11,858 nucleotides of DNA from Azolla caroliniana (lineage: Eukaryota; Plantae; Polypodiophyta). Under the pieces are notes generated by a model. That model was given only the letters and a program-made list of their open reading frames with translations, was not told the origin of the DNA and did no database searches. The stretch spans positions 1 to 11,858 of the forward strand of contig JBHGNT010001120.1 of the NCBI GenBank assembly GCA_043228905.1. Reading direction: 5' to 3'. Made by a program: the position numbers and the translations under genes. Shown in pieces: positions 6,428-11,858 of this stretch (positions within the stretch are counted from its first letter, which is position 1; each line of letters starts with the position of its first letter).

Positions 6428-9400
6428 TTATTCCTCTTCCAATATGTCGAGGATATCCTCTGGGGCGTGGGGTTGGCCTAGTTGCTCAGCAGGTGGGGTT
6501 AGTGATGGAGGTTGCGTTGCCGAATTGGGGATGGCGGTGTCGTCGTGTGTGCCCTCCTCTGTTGGGACCGATTCAGGCAGAGTCGGGGTTATAGTATGTG
6601 GCTCCGGTGCGATGTGGGGGTCTGTAAGGGCAAATTCCTCCGGTCTAACTGCCGTGGTGAGTGGCTCGGTTGGGATGTGGAGGTCGATAGGGGCCGATTG
6701 TTCCGGTCGAGCTACCGTGGGGAGTCACTCAGTTCCTTGCTCGGTGGTTGTGGGAGCTCTGTGACTCCCGATAGTGAGTCGTTCTTCCTCGTACGCTTCG
6801 ACTTCTAAATGAAACACCATTAGATCGTCGTTGAATTCCTCCTAGAGTTGCTCAATGGCCACGGTGTGGGATGTTGCCAAGGTATGATATTCTTCTGTTA
6901 AGTCTTCACGGAGAGTTTGGATGCTGGTGTCATCCATCTTGTAAAACCCTCGTCCCTCCTTCCGTCAGTTCTCAGCATCCGCGCGTAGTATGTGTAGGTC
7001 CACGGCTTGGACTGACTACTCCTGCCAGACATGGTCAAGCGTTTCTTTGATCTTCGTGGTGAATTGTTGGCAATACTTGTGGATTAGGGTCTTGATTTTG
7101 GTATCGTCCATGTCGATGCTCGCACGGTGAACTTCCAGTGCCTCCCTTGCAGCCTTGGCTTCGGCTTGGCTTTTGCGGGCGAAGAGTGCTAAAGTAGCTT
7201 GATTATCTTTTGCTTTTTCAGTGATGAGCGCGATGGTCTGCTCATAACGGTTGGTGAGCTGAGCTACAGTTTCGTCCCTTTCCTGTCGCCAAGCGTCCCG
7301 ATGTTGTTCTTTGACGGCGATGTGCTCGGTTTGCAACTGGTGATATGTATCGGAAATTTTTGCTCGTTGCTCCTCCGAGATCCTCCACTTTTGCATATGT
7401 TCATTGGCCATGTCCTAGAAGGCTCTTTGATGACGTCGTAATTCCTGGTTGTCTGTGAGGAGCTCTTGTTCCCGTTGGCTATTCCACTCGATTTCTTTGA
7501 TGAAACGTTCTTTAGCCTCAGTGATAGAGACTTGGAGGGTCATCACCTCTCGTTCTTGTGCTTCAAGCGCGGCCGACCTTTCAGCAAGTAGTCGCTTGAG
7601 GTTCGCTTTGCGGCTCGCGGCTTGTTCCCGTTGCTGGCCAAGAATGTTGTTGTGGTTCTGTTCTACCAACTTGGCCAGAGCGATCTGGGCCTGAAGCTCC
7701 TCCTGATAGTCCCTAAGGGGAGGTCTTGTCTGGGTTGCCGCTTGCTGGATTTGGGCCGAGGACTCCCTGTCTGTCTGTGTCGCTCATTCCATGACGACCG
7801 GAGGTGGTGGCGTTTGCGTGGAGGCTTGGTTGGTTTGGGGGTGCAGGCTGATATCTACCCGTGACGATGGCTCACTTGTCTGTACCGAGTCCGTCATTGT
7901 GCTGACCTCGACCGTGCTACCTCGGGGTGGGCAGTGTCGTCTTTGTGTGCGATAGTACCTTTAGCACTCGGGCTCGGGTTTGGAAGAGTGGCTGGTAGAC
8001 AACGTCACTTGGCGTAGGGAGGATTAAAGGGCGGTTGTTGCTACGTGAATGTCGTCAGTTTCTCCTCGGCGGCTTGCCATAGGTCGGTAGCCCGTTTGGC
8101 TTGCTGATGCGCCGTTTTGATCCGTCGGGCCATTTCCATGGCTGCCCGAGTAGTGTGGTGTAGATTGTGATATGCCTCGACTAAGGCCATATTCAAATCC
8201 AGTAGTTCCATGAGGAGCAAAGCATTTTGTACTTGCTTCTTCCGTCCTATCTTTTGTAAGGCTCAATCCTCGTGAGGTTTGATTTCACCCATTAGAGCGC
8301 GTTGAATCATCTTCGTTTCAGCGTGCTCCTCATCCATACGAGCGACGACAGCTACTTGGGCACGCGCGAGGAAATCCATTAACTCGTAAGTTGTGCCCAG
8401 TCGAAGTAGTGCACTGAACTCGTATGCCTCCACGGGGAGATCTTTGTAACCGAGGACTTCCTCCTCTGATATCTACGTGGTTTGTCCATGCTCGACCATA
8501 CCGACTTGGAGCCATGACTCCATTGGTACTATGTCCGTGGAGGTGGGGCTGGCCTCTTTTGATTTCTGACACTGGTCACCTTCGGTTTCTGTGGTTGCCT
8601 CTTGAATGATGCGGCGACTTTTTGACGGTTGATCCTGTGCATCCGGGGCCGGTGGTGTTGGCTCCTCGACATGTTTCCTCTTTTGCTGCCGGATGGCGGA
8701 GGGCTGCTGGCTTGTGGGCCGTGGGCTCGGTTGTGGAGAGGTCATTGATGTCCTTGGTGGCCTCTGGCGTATGGTGACATCCTCGGGGATGGCCTCCTCG
8801 GCCTCATCCCATTCGACACGGATTGCTGTTACCGCCTGTTGTTTTTGTGTTTTTGGTGGGGGTGGGGCCGAGGCGGAAGCGGAAGCGGAAGCGGGGTTCC
8901 GAGCGCCTGAGGGAGGTGGAGAAGACGAGGGGTCTTCCCATTCTTCCTGGGTTATCTCCAAAATCTTCTCTCGTTGTTTCCTTGGTGGTGGTGGAGAGGT
9001 CAGGATGCGACGAGGGGAAACCGAAGGAGGTGGGTAGAGGACTGTAAGGAAGTGATTGATCACAGGCAACAAACGCTTACTGGTTTGGAAGGAGTCGAGC
9101 GCTGCGCGGATTCCTTCACCTATGATGATTCCCCAGTAGATTTTGTTTCCCTCGTAGGCACTGATAATGATCGCCGCTTTGCTCTGTGGCATACTTGTAG
9201 GGTTGGTATGCACAAACGCGTACTCCATCAGGATGCGAGCGAGTTCTCTGAATGCCTTGTTGGATCCACCGTAAGTGCGATAGGCTTTACCAGATATGGA
9301 ATACGCACCAAAGTCTTCCTTCAGGGTTGTGGAAGGGGGAATCTCGACTTCATGATCACCTCCTCGCTTCAGGTCTAAGGCAACACGAATCATATTGTTG

Positions 9401-9537
9401 GTGACTATGTTCGGGTGAATTCGGCGTGCGACCGCTTGGGCATCAGGGTGTGCAGGGGCATCGATCACCTTTAAATAACCACCCAATCCTCGTTCCTGAA
9501 GCCAGGAGCAGGTTTCCTGTGAAGCTGCAAGAGGCAT
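6428..9537 (-). pseudogene. Extra ORF downstream of pol (~1,035 codons when joined): N-terminal globular domain resembling Athila extra-ORF/Transposase_32-type domains, Pro/Ser-rich linker, coiled coil, Pro/Thr/Glu-rich tail
   Basis: ORFs 8473..9537, 7415..7669 and 7016..7411 join by reading through TAG/TGA stops plus a net frameshift near 7750-7950. The joined frame ends EDILDILEEE-TAA at 6428. Motif AAIIISAYEGNKIYWGIIIGEGI...LLPVINHFLTVLY. Confidence 0.78.
6598..6723 (-). repeat. Two diverged 63-bp (21-aa) tandem units in the extra ORF tail
   Basis: LPTVARPEQSAPIDLHIPTEP / LTTAVRPEEFALTDPHIAPEP; units start at 6598 and 6661 on the plus strand. Confidence 0.8.
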
Positions 9538-10067
9538 AATGGACTCGGGGTTCTGCTGTGTGGAAGATTGGGGAAGGAGTATTCGACCAGGCCGAGACAG
9601 AGTGAGGGAAGGAGATGGTTGTGGTGCGGCAAAGGGGCTACGTGGACAAGAGAGGGCTTGTGAGCAAGAGCGGTGGGAGCGATGAACGCGCTGAGAGCAA
9701 GAGGAGGCTTGAGAGTGTGGGAGCGATGAAAGCTAGGTGTGCAAGAAAACGTCTGTGTGTGGGGTGGGCTTGGGGTAACTGTTTTTTAGTGAATGCCTAG
9801 GGTTTTGTGCATGAAGAGGAGCCTGGAGATTCCTGGGCATGGATGCCATAATAGGATATTATGGCCATGTGTCCTAGGGAGTTAGTGCTTTGCCTTGGAT
9901 GTTGTGCATGTGCCTTTAAATACCTAAGTGAATGTGAAAGTGACTAATGAGTGCCTCCAAACATGACGTGATTTGGGTGATGTGGTAAGTGGTGTAGGTG
10001 GAACTAACTAATTCCTAAAACTATGCCTAATCCTACCTAATGTCTACTTTGGAATGTTGGTGGGTTC

Positions 10068-11858
10068 TTACCGAGGGGACGCGTGGCCTCCTTCGTGGGC
10101 ATTGTCCGTGTCGTGAGACTCGGCGAAAGGGTTGGCTGGGGTATTTCCCTGGTACGGTCGCAGTCAGAATCCATTCACCCAGCTTTTGACAATTTCCAAA
10201 AGGGGCCAAGCTAGAACGTGCCATTAAACTCGTCAATAATCCAGAAGGGGTCGTTCCATCGAAATCGTAACTTTCCAGGCATAGTGTCGAGTCGCGTCTG
10301 GAAAACGAGGACCGGTTTGCCGATGGTCAGTTCTTGTTCCAATCCTTTCCGATGTCGGTCCACAAAGGCTTTCCGTTGTTGTTGACGCTGTTCAAGTTGG
10401 GCCTTGCTCGCTACTTGGTCCTCGCCAAGTTCGAGGAGTTGTTCCAGCCTCAATTGTTCGGATTGGGCCTCAGGGAACTGTGCTTTAACTTAAACTCGGA
10501 GACTCGGAACTTGGAACTCGATGGGCATAACGGCTTCTAGACCAAAAGCCATCCGAAAGGGGGTGGATTGAGTGCTCATTTTGAATGTAGTGCGATAAGC
10601 CCATAGTGCACTCTGGAGCTTGTCATCCCAATCGGTGCGGTTCTCGTTGATGATCTTCTTCAGGATTGTTTGATTCTGCCAATCCGTTTGCCTGCGGGTA
10701 GGTAATATGGTGTACTTTTCTTATGTACCACCGCGTAGTGTGTCGTAAGCTCGCGTATTATATGATTTATAAAGTGCCCACCTTGGTCACTAACGAGCTT
10801 AATTGGGCATCCATAACGGCACCAGAGATGTTCGTACACGAATTTGGCCGTGGATGCTACCGTGTTGTCTCGTAGAGCCTTTGCCTCGACCCATTTTGTG
10901 TAGTAGTCCGTGGCCACGATGATATACTTATTACCGGTTCGGGCCGCAGCTGGTTTGAAGGGTCCCACAAAATCTAACCCCCAATTTTGAAATGGTTCCA
11001 ATGGAAGAATGGGTTGGTGTGGCATTCGAGCTTGTTCCATCGGCTGTCCCAACCGTGGGCACAAGTCGCACTGTTGGCAGAACTCGTGGGCATCCTTTTT
11101 CATTGTAGGCCACCATAACCCACTCTGCCATACTTTCCTTGTCGTGGACTCTCTGGCGTAGTGTCCGCCGACGACTCCTAGGTGGGCCTCTTGGAGGATG
11201 GCCTTCTTCTCAAACTGCCCGACACCATATTCCGTCCGAGCCTTTGTGGTAGAGGATGTCGGAAACGAGACAAAAGTTGCAGCTACGTACTGCGAGTCGT
11301 TTCCGTACATCAAGGGCCATGTGATCGGGAGGCAAGCCCGTACTAAGGAAATGGGTCATCTCCGTGATCCATTCATCTTCTTTGTCGTCTTGTAGCGTTG
11401 TGAGATGAAATAGGCCGGCATCGGGAAATTGTCATACGTGGGCTCGGCAAGGTTTCCTGACTCGAGGCGGCTTAGGTAGTCAGCGACGACGTGTTGGACT
11501 CTGGGTTGATGCTGTATATGAAAATCAAAATCTTGTAATAGGAGCATCCATCGAGCTAGTCTACCTGTCAGAGCTTGTTTATTGACCAGGTAAAGGAGGG
11601 CCGAGTGATCGACGTGAAATGTGAATTTTCGGCCTAAGAGGTAATGCCGAAATTTACTGATGCTGTAGATCATACCGAGGGCCTCTCGTTTGGTGGTTGA
11701 ATAGTTCTTTTCCGTGGCTGAGAGACGTCGGCTAGCATAATACACTGGCCGATACCAATTTGGGGGCGTGCATTGCATAAGATCGCTCCCAATGGCGATA
11801 TCTGACGCATCCACGAAGACGTCAAAAGGTTCCGACCATATCGGGGGTTGTACAACCG
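10068..11858 (-). pseudogene. pol: gypsy pol C-terminal part: RNase H and integrase (HHCC zinc finger, DDE core, GPY/F-like tail), with stops and frameshifts
   Basis: VFVDASDIAIG, YYASRRL, EKNYSTT.REALG, DHSAL, GRLARW, ADYLSR; EAHLGVVGGH..CQQCDLC, WGLDFVGP, DYYTKWVEA, SDQGGHF; LWAYRTTFK, PGKLRFRWNDPF, VNGF*LRPY; TAA at 10068-10070. Confidence 0.96.

Larger units (their letters stand above)
5838..11858 (-). mobile_element. Ty3/gypsy non-chromovirus (Athila/Tat-related) LTR retrotransposon D, 3' part; continues beyond the right edge
   Basis: Minus-strand order is RNase H, integrase, extra ORF, LTR. No chromodomain follows the integrase. The left end is taken at the first TG after C-LTR homology ends and is approximate. 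Confidence 0.9.

Noticed and set aside
6324-9378. Plus-strand ORFs (146, 98, 114, 134 aa etc.) as a gag following the plus-strand PBS
   Set aside because: They are antisense shadows of the minus-strand extra ORF, with no gag or zinc-knuckle motifs.

Overview
Land-plant nuclear DNA made almost entirely of nested, decayed LTR retrotransposons (a fern or other non-flowering plant is a guess). An old plus-strand Ty1/copia RT-RNaseH remnant (B, 1130-2554) carries three insertions. These are the 5' end of a minus-strand copia element (A, 1-1129), a ~400 bp plant-mitochondrial 26S rRNA fragment (~1640-2043), and a non-autonomous LTR element (C, 2555-~5825). Element C carries a continuous, decayed copy of most of an ATXR5/ATXR6-type H3K27 methyltransferase SET region. 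C's 3' LTR is interrupted by a minus-strand non-chromovirus Ty3/gypsy element (D, ~5838-11858) with RNaseH, integrase and a ~1,035-codon extra ORF. Two things stand out. (1) A transposon has captured a heterochromatin-writer domain. (2) In both C and D, whose LTRs are different, the position normally held by the polypurine tract is occupied by the same bipartite tRNA-Arg(UCU)-like motif, so the primer-binding site is on the strand opposite to the TATA box and the coding sequence. All family assignments are from motif recognition, not database searches.
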